Origin: Felis catus
Taxonomy: Eukaryota
Direction of reading: 5' to 3'
DNA: 64,000 bases
NCBI RefSeq assembly: GCF_018350175.1
Contig: NC_058368.1
Location: forward strand, 225,744,001-225,808,000
The position numbers and the translations under genes are program-made. Shown here in pieces: positions 24,310 through 36,034 of the stretch (position 1 is the stretch's first letter; each line of letters begins with the position of its first letter). Below the pieces are notes generated by a model, which was given only the letters and a program-made list of their open reading frames with translations, was not told where the DNA came from and made no database searches.

Positions 24310-25330
24310 AAAATTTCAACAAATCTTTGTCTACCGCCACTGTTTTAGGTGCTGGAGATGTAAGAGTGGACACAAAATATGTACATATAGGGCTCCCTTT
24401 TTCACGGAGCTTGTACTCCAGTGGTGGGAATAGAAGAAGAAAGGCAACAAATACTCAAAATGCTAGAAGAAGCTGGACACTATGGAGAAAACTGAAGCAG
24501 GGACAAGGAGTGACAAGGAGGTGCTACTTGGCTGAAGCGGTCAGTGCGGGCATCTCAGAGGAATGACCTCGAACAGACACCTGAAGAACGAGTCCGGGAA
24601 TGATCCAGGCAGCTAGCTCCCTTTCTGGTGGAATGTTCCAGACAGAGGAAATGGTGTGTGCCAAGGCCCTGAGGGAGGTGGACTTGAGGTGTTAGCAGAA
24701 AAGCAAGGAGCCCCGTGCGGTGGGAGCTGGGTGAGCAGGGGGGAGACACCACTGGTTTGGCGTGAACTCGGTGCTGCAGCCGTGCCCGACTCTGCATTTT
24801 GGCTTTTCCTGAGCCCTCCTGGACGAAGGAGGGGAGCGAGAGCCTGGGGCCCGAGGCTAGTGAGGAGTTTCACCGAAGCACGTGGTGGTGAGGAGAGGCG
24901 GTGGGGGTGGGGGGGAGAAGATGGCTTCGGGGGACTCTGGAGGTATAATCCGGGGGATTGAGTGGTCTGGGGGTGGGAAGAAAGTGGTAGAGGACCGGCG
25001 GGCCTGCGAGGGTAGGTGAGGAGGGGCTGGCATGAACCAGTATGAGGGACCCTGAGGTTCAGCGGGTTGGGGCCATGGGGGAAGAGGGTGACCTCAGTTT
25101 TGGGATGTTAGATTGGATGTGCCTTTGGGCCACCAAATGAAGTCCAAGTAAGTCCCTGTGGGGTTCGCTCCATGGGCTGATGCTCGGGGGACAGAAGGTC
25201 GCAGTACAGATTTGGGTGTGTGGGGGTGCAGGCTTGGGTAGCTGGGAATTCCCAGGGGGAGCACTTGCTGGATAACGAGAGGAGGGCCTGGAGGACAGTG
25301 TTGAGGAAACTGTCATTGGCAAGGTGGGTG
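24310..25330 (-). mobile_element. Degraded, GC-rich L2
   Basis: TTCAACAAATCTTTG...TTTTAGGTGCTGGAGAT terminus, TGCCAAGGCCCTGAGG and TCAGTTTTGGGATGTTAGATTGGATGTGCCT motifs. Confidence 0.65.
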
Positions 25331-26171
25331 CCCAAAAGGAGCCCCTTTCGCAGGAGCGTTGGGACACGGCGGGGCCCAGAGGGAGGTGCCGGGCAGATAA
25401 CTGTCCAGGTCATTCCGTGTGCAGGTGTTCCCTCTTGGCCCCGGTGGGACCCGTGTCTGCAGGAGCCTGGCCTTCAAGTCACAGCAGAAGGGACTGATTC
25501 TCTCTTCCGTCCTCCTGGCCGTGCCTTCCTGGCCACTTTGCAACTTGGCTGGCTCCCGACTTGGCCAAGAGTTTGAGCAGTTCCAGAAATTCCCACTCTC
25601 GAATGTCGGGCTTTCGTGCCTGTGGAGATAACCTGTGTGAATGTCAGAAGCTGCATGTTAGCTGTTTCTATTTGCACTCTTGTAGAGTCCTACCCCTGTC
25701 CCCTCCATGAAATGCCTGGGCGGGTTCTCCCAAGGACACTGGGATTTGTGGGGCTGGAGGCAGTAGGAAGGAAGGTTGATGACATGGGGCAGGAAAAGTG
25801 ACACAGGGGGCTCTGGGGAAGCCCCAGGGGGCTGGGCTTGGAAGGACACCTCTTCCTGTGATGCCTGAGGACAATGGGCAAGGTGGACAGGCCTGGACTG
25901 GAGATGGCCAGGGGCAGTGTGCAGTGGGGGCCAATTTCCCTTTGAAGGAGGAGGAGGAACTATTGAAGACATTGATGGAGTGTGAGGCTGGCTAGAGCTT
26001 TCGTGGGGAAGGATATCAGGAAATCACAAATGATTGTGTTTGGGGGAGATAGATGCTCAATTGCATTGTTTTCCTGGCTTTATTTATGTTTGGCATTTCT
26101 TTGGTGAATTTATTTTTATCAGATTCCTGTGTTTTCATCTTTGCCCCTTTTTTCAAGGTGCAGTATTAATT

Positions 26172-26390
26172 AATTTAATTTTTTAATGTTGATTTATTTT
26201 TGAAGGAGAGGGAGAGACAGAGTGCGAGCAGGGGAGGGGCAGAGAGAGAGGGAGACACAGAATCCCAAGCAGCCTCCAGGCTCTGAGCTGTCAGCACAGA
26301 GCCTGATGCGGGACTCGAACTCACAGACCCTGAGATCATGACCTGTACTGGAGTTGGATGCTTAACCAACTGAGCCACCCAGGTACCCCC
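26172..26390 (-). mobile_element. CanSINE
   Basis: Full antisense copy ending GAGCCACCCAGGTACCCC. Confidence 0.9.
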
Positions 26391-26561
26391 TAGGGTGCAT
26401 TTTTAAAAATGAAATAGTACCAAATTTAGCAATATGGTCACCCCACATTACTAATGTGTAATTAGTAATGTGTATTAGTTTAACAGTAAGTATTTTGAGG
26501 GATATTTTCCATTTGCTTAAAGACGTGAGATCATGGTATCCTTATATCATTGAAGACATGC

Positions 26562-26785
26562 TTTTGTTTTTTATTTTTTTAATTTTATTTTTAGAGGGAG
26601 CATACTTGAACAGGGGAGAGGGGTGGGGGGTGGGGGAGAGGGAGAAGGAGAGGGAGAGAGAGAATCCCATGCAGGCTTCATGCTCAGCATGGAGCCTGAC
26701 GCAAGGCTCGATTCCACCACCCTGGGATCATGACAACTGAAATCAAGAGGCGATGCTCAACCAACTGAACCACCCAGGTGCCCCC
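26562..26785 (-). mobile_element. CanSINE (older subfamily)
   Basis: Ends CCACCCAGGTGCCCC; degenerate TSD AGACATGCTTT / AGGCATGCCTT. Confidence 0.88.
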
Positions 26786-27916
26786 AGGCATGCCTTTAGA
26801 AGCATAAAATGCTTAACTATTTTCAAAGATTTTTCTGAAATATTCTCTCTAGTGCTTTTTTTTCTCTACAGATTTCTGTTTATTGGGGAAGGAAATCTTT
26901 TTGTCTCGGGAACAAAGGTGGCAATACCCAGGTGAAACACATTGGGCCAGGTATGGCCACTTGCACGGTCCAGATGGAGCCTTGGAACTGGGGAAGGAGC
27001 AGGAGCCACCGGCCTACGGGCAGCCAGCTGGCCGAACCTTTCATGGGAAAGATCACCTCAGGTGGAGCAGAGAGTTCACTCCTGCTGTGGCCACCCAGGC
27101 TCACTGGGTTTCTAGATAAACCGATCCGGCTACTGGGGAACAAGGCAGGTTTCATTTGACAAATTCTGGTGCACGGTATTGTAGCCTTGCGTGATCTCAC
27201 TTTGTGATGCCTGCAGTGGTCATTGATTTTAACAGTGACCATTTACTGGACTCTGCTGGGCACTTGATGTGGTTTGTATCTTACTGAATTCTCACACCAC
27301 CCAGCAAAGGATCATTGCCCCATTTTACAGGAGGGATATTGAGGCTCAGGGCTTTTAAGTTGCTTGCCCCCAATGTGACCATAGGTGGCACCAGCCCTGG
27401 TATTTTAACTGGGCTTCTTGTATGTTCTTCCCTCAATAAACTAGAGTCTACCACAAGGGGAGATTGAAATATAAAATGAGACATGATTTTATATGACTTA
27501 TCCCCTCTGTCTCCAGGACAGAGTTAATTTACTTCTCAAATTAAAACATCAGCTGCCTCCCACATAGCCAGAAATGCCTGCTTTAGGGAAAGAAGTTAAT
27601 TTATTTTTCCCAGTAACGTTTCAGTACCAACCATGGCCTCATCCACAGCTCCACTCGGCCACCTTTGTATTCCATTTGAGGCATGAATTACCAAAACAGG
27701 TTGTACATTTCTCTGAGATGTCAGATGGTCCAGTTTTTATCATATTTCATTTCCCTCCTGTGTGTGCCCTCTTGACTCAGGGAGGCTCTTTCTCTAGGTA
27801 AAATGTCAAGTGGACTCTTGCAAATTCTCAGATGGCCACACCACCAATACTGTACCTAAAACATGTACTTTAGAATGTACATCTTGCTTAGTGTTTGGGA
27901 AATGATACCTTGTCTT

Positions 27917-28140
27917 TATTTTTTGTTTATTTTTTTAATGTTTATTTATTTTTGAGAGAGAGAGAGAGAAAGAGAGAGAGCCGGAGTGGGGCAGAGAGAG
28001 AGAGAGACACAGAATCTGAAGCAGGATCCAGGCTCTGAGCTGTCAGCAGAGAGCCCAACGTGGGGCGGGAACTCATGGACCTCGAAATCATGACCTGAGC
28101 CGAAGTCAGATGCTCAACCAAATGAGCCACCCAGGCGTCT
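27917..28140 (-). mobile_element. CanSINE
   Basis: T tail, (GA)n, ends GAGCCACCCAGGCGTC. Confidence 0.9.
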
Positions 28141-28199
28141 TTAAGTAGCATTCTGCCATGCCCTGGGTGGGGTTGGGCTGACATTGATGGTGATGTCTT

Positions 28200-28354
28200 T
28201 TTTTGTTGTTGTCTATGTTTATTTATTTATTTTGAGAGGGGGAGAGAGAGAGAGACAGAATCCCAAGTAGGCTCTGCACTGTTGAACTGTGAGATCATGA
28301 CCTCAGCCAAAATCAGGAGTCGACACTTAACTGACTGAGCCACCTGGGCGTTCC
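28200..28354 (-). mobile_element. CanSINE (internally deleted), first of a tandem pair
   Basis: Flanked by GATGGTGATGTCTT (28186-28199) and GACGGTGGTGTCTT (28356-28369). Confidence 0.88.
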
Positions 28355-28369
28355 AGACGGTGGTGTCTT

Positions 28370-28577
28370 TATTTATTTTTTAAAAATGTTTTTATTTATT
28401 TTTGAGACAGCATGAGCAGGGGAGGGGCAGAGAAAGAGGGAGACACAGAATCTGAAACAGGCTCCAGGCTCTGAGCCATCAGCACAGAGTCCGATGCAGG
28501 GCTCGAACTCACAGACCCTGAGATCATGACCTGAGCAGAAGTCAGACGCTCAACCCACTGAGCCACCCAGGCGCCCC
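28370..28577 (-). mobile_element. CanSINE (SINEC_Fc type), second of the tandem pair
   Basis: Flanked by GACGGTGGTGTCTT (28356-28369) and GATGGTGGTGTCTT (28578-28591). Confidence 0.9.
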
Positions 28578-29159
28578 GATGGTGGTGTCTTCAATGGAGG
28601 AGCACGAGATGAGGTCAGGAGAGCCCAATGTGTCCTGCTTCTCTGGCTCACGTGCACAGCCTGATGGTCTGCAGCTCTTCTGGGCCCCAGGGCCACCCCT
28701 TCTCAGGCTTGTATTTAACTCCTCCGTGAGTCGTCCCGCTGGGTCTTCTGTTAATTTCAGTTGCGGATCTGCCTGTATTTTCCATGGCATCTGCACAACC
28801 TGTAGGTATTTTATTTTTCTGTGTGTTTGTTCTAATTCTTAGAAACTTATTAAAACTTTGTTGAATACCCTCCAGGTCAAAGAAAAAACCCTATAATTAA
28901 AGAATATGTAGTAATGATGAGAATCATGCACATGAAAATCAGGGAGCGGCCTTTTTTTTTTTTTTTTTTTTTTTTGTATACACACCAACACGCTTTCTTT
29001 CTCTGATTAACGCCAACAGACTTTTAATAAAAAACAGCAGTCTCTCGCCCTGCCTCTCCCCAGTTCCCAGTCCTGTTTCTCAAGGCAGCTATTGTTAGTT
29101 TTCTGCTTTTTAGTTCTGTTTAGGCTTTTCTAAATAAGATCCTTTAAATGCCATTCCTT

Positions 29160-29494
29160 TTTTTTCCCTTTACAATTATAAACAATACCTTAAAATTTCT
29201 GAAGTGTAATTGACATAGAACATATTAGGTTTAGGTAATCAACATAACGATTTGATATTTGTATATATTACAAAATGATTACCACAGTGAGCCTGGTTAA
29301 CATCAGTCACCAAAGTTACATTTTTTTTTTATTTTAATTTGAGAGAGACAGGGAGAGATCTTAAGCATCTCCATGGTCAGCACAGAGCCTGGCGTGGAGC
29401 TCAATCCCACGACGCATGCATCAGGACCTGATCTGAAACCAAGAGTCGGATGCTCAACCAACTGAGCCTCCCAGGTGCCCCACAGATTTTTTTT
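29160..29494 (-). mobile_element. Short L1 3' end with a nested CanSINE (~29322-29481)
   Basis: L1 3' motif TGAAGTGTAATTGACATA...AAAATGATTACCACAGTGAGCCTGGTTAACATC; outer TSD TTTAAATGCCATT(C/T)CTT at 29143-29159 and 29495-29511. Confidence 0.8.
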
Positions 29495-31895
29495 TTTAAA
29501 TGCCATTTCTTGACTTAGCTATCCAAGACATTTTTTGCTCCCACCCCAACCCACATATACACCTTTCCTTCCTCCATCCACTATCAGGATGCCACAATTT
29601 GGGGTTCAGTCACTATGACTGTGCAAGCATTGTTCATCCACGAGTGAAGGGGAATGCCACATTTATAGCTCCTTTCTGGAATAACTTTATTATGCTGTTA
29701 CTCTCTGTTTGGTCTTTTTAACTCTCCAACATTTCTAGAAAACTCCTTCTGATAAAGGGCAGACGTATCAGGCTGACATTTCAGTTCTCTCTCCAGCAGG
29801 AGCCATCCCTGCTGGAGCCCCCACCCTCCCGTTCCAGGCTAGTGTCACTGTGCCCTGGGCCTGCTGTCCCCGTAGGACTTCTGCATGTCACCTGTTCCTT
29901 CTCTCCTGGGGTAAAGCCTCTTGTTACTGGATCCATGCTACAAATGGGGTCAGGGGAAAGTTAGCAGCCTGAACGGGGAGGTCCCATTTCTTCTTGAGGA
30001 CATTCAAGGTAGTTTAAGATTTTCTCATGTTAATTGTGAGTTCTTCATTTGCTTTTGTTTTTTTTTTTTTTTGTTTTTTTTTTCTCTTACTAGATGCTTT
30101 CTTGGTGAACTCTTCTGTTGCGAGAGAACACATTCCCCAGCTTAGATCACGAAGGAAGCACATGTTTTGCAAACGTGTGTGCAGAGAGCATCTTCGCCCC
30201 ACCCTTTCAGCTGGTTGCTAGTTTGGCTTGGATTAGAGTTCTGGGTTGGGAACAATTTCCCCTTCCAGTTTTGAAGCCTCAGCTTCCCTGTCTTCTTGCT
30301 CCATCCCAGTGTTGCTTTTGAGCAGACGAATGTCTTTCCAACGCCTGGTCTCTCATAGGCGATCTGTGGCTGGCCTGGCTGCTGATTTATGGTTTGTGGT
30401 GTTTAGGCGAGCGGGCGGCCGGCCGGCCTGCTGTGTAGTAATTGCCTGCGCTTCAGGTCTTGGGGAAAGCCTAAAGCATTTCTTTTCGGCTTTCATACTT
30501 TCAGAACTCAGCGTTTGTTTGCCTCGTAAAAGCTGCGGATGACTTTTGCAGTCCTTTCTCTAGGTGGATGGAGTTGCACACAGGGCTTCTGTGTGCGTCC
30601 AGTGGGTATTCACTCCGAAAACAGCACGAGTGGGCCCCCGCTCTCCCCGGAGTGGTGCCGGGAGGCTTCCCTGGCTGGATGCTGTAAGCTTTGCTGAGTC
30701 AGTCGTCCCCCGGGGGTTGGGGGGGGGGAGGGCTGGGTGTCAGGCCTGGCAAGCGGCCTGGCTTTGTGTGAACACATGAGATCCTAGAAGAGGCTGAGCC
30801 TAAGAGAACCAAAAGGTGGAGAGAATTCATGCCTTGATCTCGTTAGCACAGCGCTCAAAACAAATATCCCAACCCAGCACAGACCGGAGGCACCGAGTTG
30901 AGAGAGTGTCGGTGCCGTTTACATTTTAGATTTGGGCTGGAGCTTAACGCTCCATAGGTGCCAGTTCCCGCTTGTCAGCTTCCAAACGGCACCGTGGCAC
31001 TTTTGCCCGTGTTTTGCTCGGCCGTGGGGCACTGCAAGAAACATGTGTCCAGAGTAGCAGATTTCAGCCAAAGGTGGATGGAATGAATCTATTGGAATCC
31101 TCTGGGACCCTGAGCCCCCTAGTTCTCTGAAGGTACCAACCTGTTTTCGGTGTTACAAAGAAGGTGCTCATGTCTGTGGTCAAGTGGGAGTAGCTTTGAC
31201 CCAGTAAGCCACGCTATTTATTTTGTTAGCAGCTAGAGCCTTTCAAATGCAGGCACCTGTGTAATAAAATCAAAGGGAGAGGATCTTTGCTCCAGTTTAA
31301 CCACCTCATTGCACAGATGAAGAAACTGAGTCCCAGGGCTCCACCGTGAGCCGGTGACAGCGTGACCCATGTCACAGCCTGCTGACCCCTTTTTCTCAAA
31401 GCTGTAGGCCACTACGTGTTGAAACCGGGAGCGTGAGGAAACCTGGGAAGGCAAAGTAATAACGCTCCCAAGTGCCAGGATCACCGGTGGCAGTTTGCAG
31501 GTCGGTGTGGAGATTTTGCTGTGTTGATCCAACCGCGTCTTTGGGGGCTTGGGAATCTGGAGTGAGTGTGTTGACCGGCCTCCCCGCGATTTGCCAGGAC
31601 CCTCAGAAGCTCCCGGCAGTGAGCTTCAGACATTTGCTTTAGACTTCATGCTTCTGTCTTTACACACCACCAAATGAGCTAGAGTTTGTCAAAAGTTGCT
31701 TTTGACAAAAGAGAACTTCCTCTCTCAGTAGTAACGGCTTGCATTTGACTAGGTCTCCCTGAAACAAGGTGTTTAGTATCCAGCTAATGGGAAAAGAGCC
31801 TTCTTTCAAATGATGAGGGTAAGTTCATCCTAGAAAACCTTTTGTAGGAAGAATTCTTGTCAGTTGAAAATGCATCTACTATTCAAAGGAAACAT

Positions 31896-32077
31896 TTAAA
31901 ATTTTTTTTTTAAGGTTTATTTATTTTGAGAGAGAGAGAGCATGCACCGGGGAGGATCAAAGAGAGAGGGAGAGAGAGAATCCCGATGTGGGGCTTGATC
32001 CCACGAGCCATGAGATCATGACCTGAGCCAAAATCAAGAGTCACATGCTTAACCGACTGAGCTACCCAGGCGTCCCC
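31896..32077 (-). mobile_element. CanSINE
   Basis: Ends GAGCTACCCAGGCGTCCCC; flanks AAAGGAAAC / AAAGGGAAC. Confidence 0.88.
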
Positions 32078-32865
32078 AAAGGGAACGTGTTTTTATATGT
32101 TCCTGAATTACAGATTGATATTTGCGTTTGCTACAACACTAACAAGACCTGTGAACGTAGAGTCACTTTAATACATACATTAGTTATCAAACATAACTTA
32201 AGGGCTTTTGTTGTTGTTATGACTAAAAGGTCTTCAAAAGAGCTGCTGACCTTTTCTCACCAGGCTCTCCTGCTTGTTCACAAACAAAAAACATGCATGC
32301 ACTCCGTTCGTGAAAAAACTGAAGGTTTCATGGGAAATGAAAACAAAATAGAAAAATAAAGACCAAAGTTGTCCTTCTGAGCAGCATGATTTAGGGAGTC
32401 TGAGAGGATTCCACCATGAGTCAGAAGGTGGTCAGTCGCTCATCTGGGGCACAGGTGCTCACAAGTGCATAAAACCCAAATCCACCTTTCTATGAGAAGG
32501 AAATGGCTCAGAAGCTGGAGGAAGGACATTATATGAAATTCTCTCTGCAGTTGAGTTCCTGTACCCTGAATGGGCGTGTCACAGGGTATTGACCGTGGAG
32601 CTCTACATCTTTCTAGGAATATGTATTTTCTTGGGGCACCTTTTGACTTTAACTTCCAAATACCGTCTCAGTAAAATCAGGACAACAGCTACATTGATAT
32701 CATGTATAACATCAAAAACTTCTGGTGAGAGACTTTACTTATTATTGTAGTTTATGAGAAAATGGTATACTAAACTTTCAACTTTTTGTTAAAAATGATC
32801 TCTAAATATTTAAAGATATTCAACAATGACGTTTCATTTTCAGCTCAGATTCTGTTTGTTAGGAT

Positions 32866-33077
32866 CAATTAAATTTTTTTAATGTTTATTTAGTTTTGAG
32901 AGAGAGAGAGGGTGAGCGCGGGAGGGGCAGAGAGAGGGAGACACAGAATCTGAAGCAGGCTCCAGGCTCTGAGCTGTCAGCACAGAGCCCAATGCAGGGT
33001 TTCAACCTACAAACCATGAGATCATGACCTGAGCTGAAGTCCGGCGCTTCACCGACTGAGCCACCCAGGTGCCCCCC
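32866..33077 (-). mobile_element. CanSINE (SINEC_Fc type)
   Basis: Full antisense copy ending GAGCCACCCAGGTGCCCC. Confidence 0.9.
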
Positions 33078-34969
33078 TGGATAGATTTTAAAATAAAATC
33101 CAATGGGAATGGAAAATATGATATAAAAATTGCTTTTTAAAAATTCACTAGTACTAGTGAACACTAGCTTTCCTTTATCAAAATGGACAACAATCATTTC
33201 CATGAAAATTTTTTGCTTTAAATAACATCACTAAATATAGCTGAATTTGTGTATTAATGCCACGTATGACTGCAACATTGGATTCTGTCTATTTGCCAGC
33301 TCTCAGCTGCCCCGGAATCTCTGCTGTGTTGGGGGATTACCTGATACAGTCAGGTGGGTGTCTTAAGGCTTACGAGCCCATGATTGCCATGTGCGTAGGG
33401 CATTCGAGATCATGGCTGTTAGCAAAAGAAACATTCTTGGGTTAAAGTCCCCAGGATGTCAGTGCTGATCTTTGGCTTCTAGTTAGAATTCCCAAGTGCC
33501 CAGAAAGAAGCCCAGACCTATGGTGGGCATTGGTGTGGCTTTCATCGTGAGCATGTCTGCTTAGGCTTGAGGGAGGTACATCTGTGACCACTCCTCTGGA
33601 GTGAGGATGCATCAATTGGCCAGGGCATCGTCCTCTTTGACCTCAGCAACCACATCATTGCAGCAGGGCATTGGCACAGTGGCGTATTAGGACTGCCAGA
33701 CTGACTTCCAATAGGTTATGAGAAGCCAGATCTTTCCTTAAAGAAATAAAAATTGATCTAAGTAGAGGTCCAAGGGCCATCCATGCTATCCATTGCTCCC
33801 CAAAAGGTCTTCCAAATTGTACAGAAATTTTGATGCTTCCCATATATTTTTTTTTTTCCATTTTGGCAAGCTGTTAGTGTTACGATAGTGTGCTTTAGGG
33901 AATTCATGGTAAATGATTACATTAATACATCCGTGATTACTTAATTATTGTAGCTGACTCGTTCATGAAACAAATATCGAGTGAACAACAATGCAACGAT
34001 GTATTAGTTGAGCAGCTGCTGTCAGCTGGCTCATGACCTAGTGCTGGAGTGGCACCGGCCAGCAGGAGAGCATGGCCCCTTCCCTCCTATAACTTGTAGT
34101 TTGGGAAATAAATGAACAGGCAAATTGATACACAAGTAGAAATCAGGATGAGTGCTATGAGAGGAAAAGACTACCCTCGGAGGCCACGGGGTGGACTAAT
34201 GTGGTCGCAGGCTGCCAAGGAGACTGGTTTTCAGTGCCATGTTGACCAAGGGTGAGCCCCCTCACAGGGTGGTATCTTGATTTATTCTTGGGCCTTTGCC
34301 AGGCTTCTGAAAACAAACACCTTTTGCTAAAGAACTTACATTCTCCTGGATCAGAATAGCCAATTCCTTTTGGGTATGGCAACTTCGAAGTTCTGATGTC
34401 GCTGACTGCATGGCTGGGTGGTTTTTAAAAGATGGGTTATTGACTATCAGAGGCATCTCTATCGTTTGTAGGCTTAGCTTACCTCCCACTCAAGGGTCAT
34501 CTGATTGAAATGCAAGCTCATGATTGAAATGTAGATCATATTCTACTCCGGGCTCACAGTGCTTACCCACTATGTTTGTGGATGAAGAGAGGTGTTTTAT
34601 TGGTCATGTTTAACATCAAATGTTATAAACACAGACACATTTGGGGAGCTTAATGAGAAACTGCCATCTTCCTTATTAGATTTTTTATTCTTCTTCCTTG
34701 CATTGTTTTTCATGGGTATTGTCTGTCTTGTTTGGAGAGTTAATATGGCCTTGGGCATCTCAGGTGAAATTATCAGGAGACACCTGTGTTTTCCATTGGA
34801 GTTTGGTGAGGGCTGTGCTAAGGGACAACTTTTTGTTGTCTCCCTTGTTTAATTAGAGAAAGTTGTTAGGGTTGTATCTACCACTGTGTACTGCCCTTGT
34901 GGGCACAGAGAGGGGACAGGGAATGGACAAAGCTGTAAAGACAGCACCTTCTGGGTCACCCATGTGAGG

Positions 34970-35145
34970 TTTTTGGGTTGGTTTTTGTTTTTTGTTTTTT
35001 TTTTTGAGAGAGAGGGGGACAGAGGATCTGAAGCAGGCTCTGTGCTGACAGCAGAGAGCCCCATTTGGGCTTGAACTCACGAACCTGGAGATCATGACCT
35101 GAGCTGAAGTCACACGCTTAACTGACTGAGCCACCCAGGCGCCCC
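34970..35145 (-). mobile_element. CanSINE
   Basis: Ends GAGCCACCCAGGCGCCCC; flanked by CCCATGTGA repeats. Confidence 0.88.
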
Positions 35146-35919
35146 ATCCCCATGTGAAGTGTTAAACTGAATGTGTTGGAGGGGGTGGCTTCTGTAAAGT
35201 GTTACAGACTCATCCACTGGGTCTCTCATTCTTCCCATGTTAGGGCTCCCTTTGGCAAAAGGTGAAAAGCATTAAAAACAAGCACGTCCAGAAATTCACT
35301 TTTAACAGGTTGGGCCGTTTCAGTTCATTATTGTGGCACTTGAGCTCTTGAAGTGAGCTTGGGGCGGTCGGTCGTCTCTGACGTTTGTGTATTCACTTAT
35401 CCACCTGCTGTGTTTTATTAATTCCACATTAAGAAGATATGGAAAGGTTCGCTGTTTTAGTCTACTTCTCCTACTGGGGTGAAAAGGGTGAATGATGAAG
35501 TATTAAGGTCTACACTAGGCTGTTAGGGTATGATGAAGATTCATTCACCAGAGAAGGGATTGGCTGGAACTAGGGAGGCAGAGCCCAGGCAGGGCTTCCT
35601 GTGAGGAAGGAGAGGAGAAGAAGCAGGGTAGCGATGGGCTGGAGAACCAGGCTGACGGACAGAACGGAACCAAGGCAGGGTGGGTGCCACATGGAGGCGT
35701 GGGACTGAGGTCCAGCTATTTGCACCCTTGAGTTTTCGGAGTAAAGGAGATGGAGAAAGAAGAGGGTCATTTGCAGCTGTGACAGTGCCCTCAGTCTTGG
35801 AACTGCACAGTGGCTGGATTCTTTTTGGGGCCCTAGAAAGGTTCAGGTACGTTGGGGGTGGGCTCTTGAATGTGGACATGAGCTGATGCGTGGTTGACCA
35901 CAACTGAATGGGCATTTGT

Positions 35920-36034
35920 TATTTCTTAAAGTTTATTTATTTTTAAGTAATCTCTATACCCAATGTGGGGCTCAAACTCATGACCCCAAGATGAAGAGTC
36001 ACATGTTCTTTTGACTGAGCCAGCCAGGCACTCC
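35920..36034 (-). mobile_element. Short CanSINE
   Basis: TSD TGAATGG(G/T)CATTTG on both sides. Confidence 0.85.

Noticed and set aside
31685..31709. Hairpin TTTGTCAAAAG-TTG-CTTTTGACAAA
   Set aside because: AT-rich 11-bp stem, too short for a pre-miRNA; plausible by chance.
33144..33161. Perfect 18-bp palindrome TTCACTAGTACTAGTGAA
   Set aside because: A 9-bp-arm palindrome is plausible by chance in 64 kb; no supporting context.
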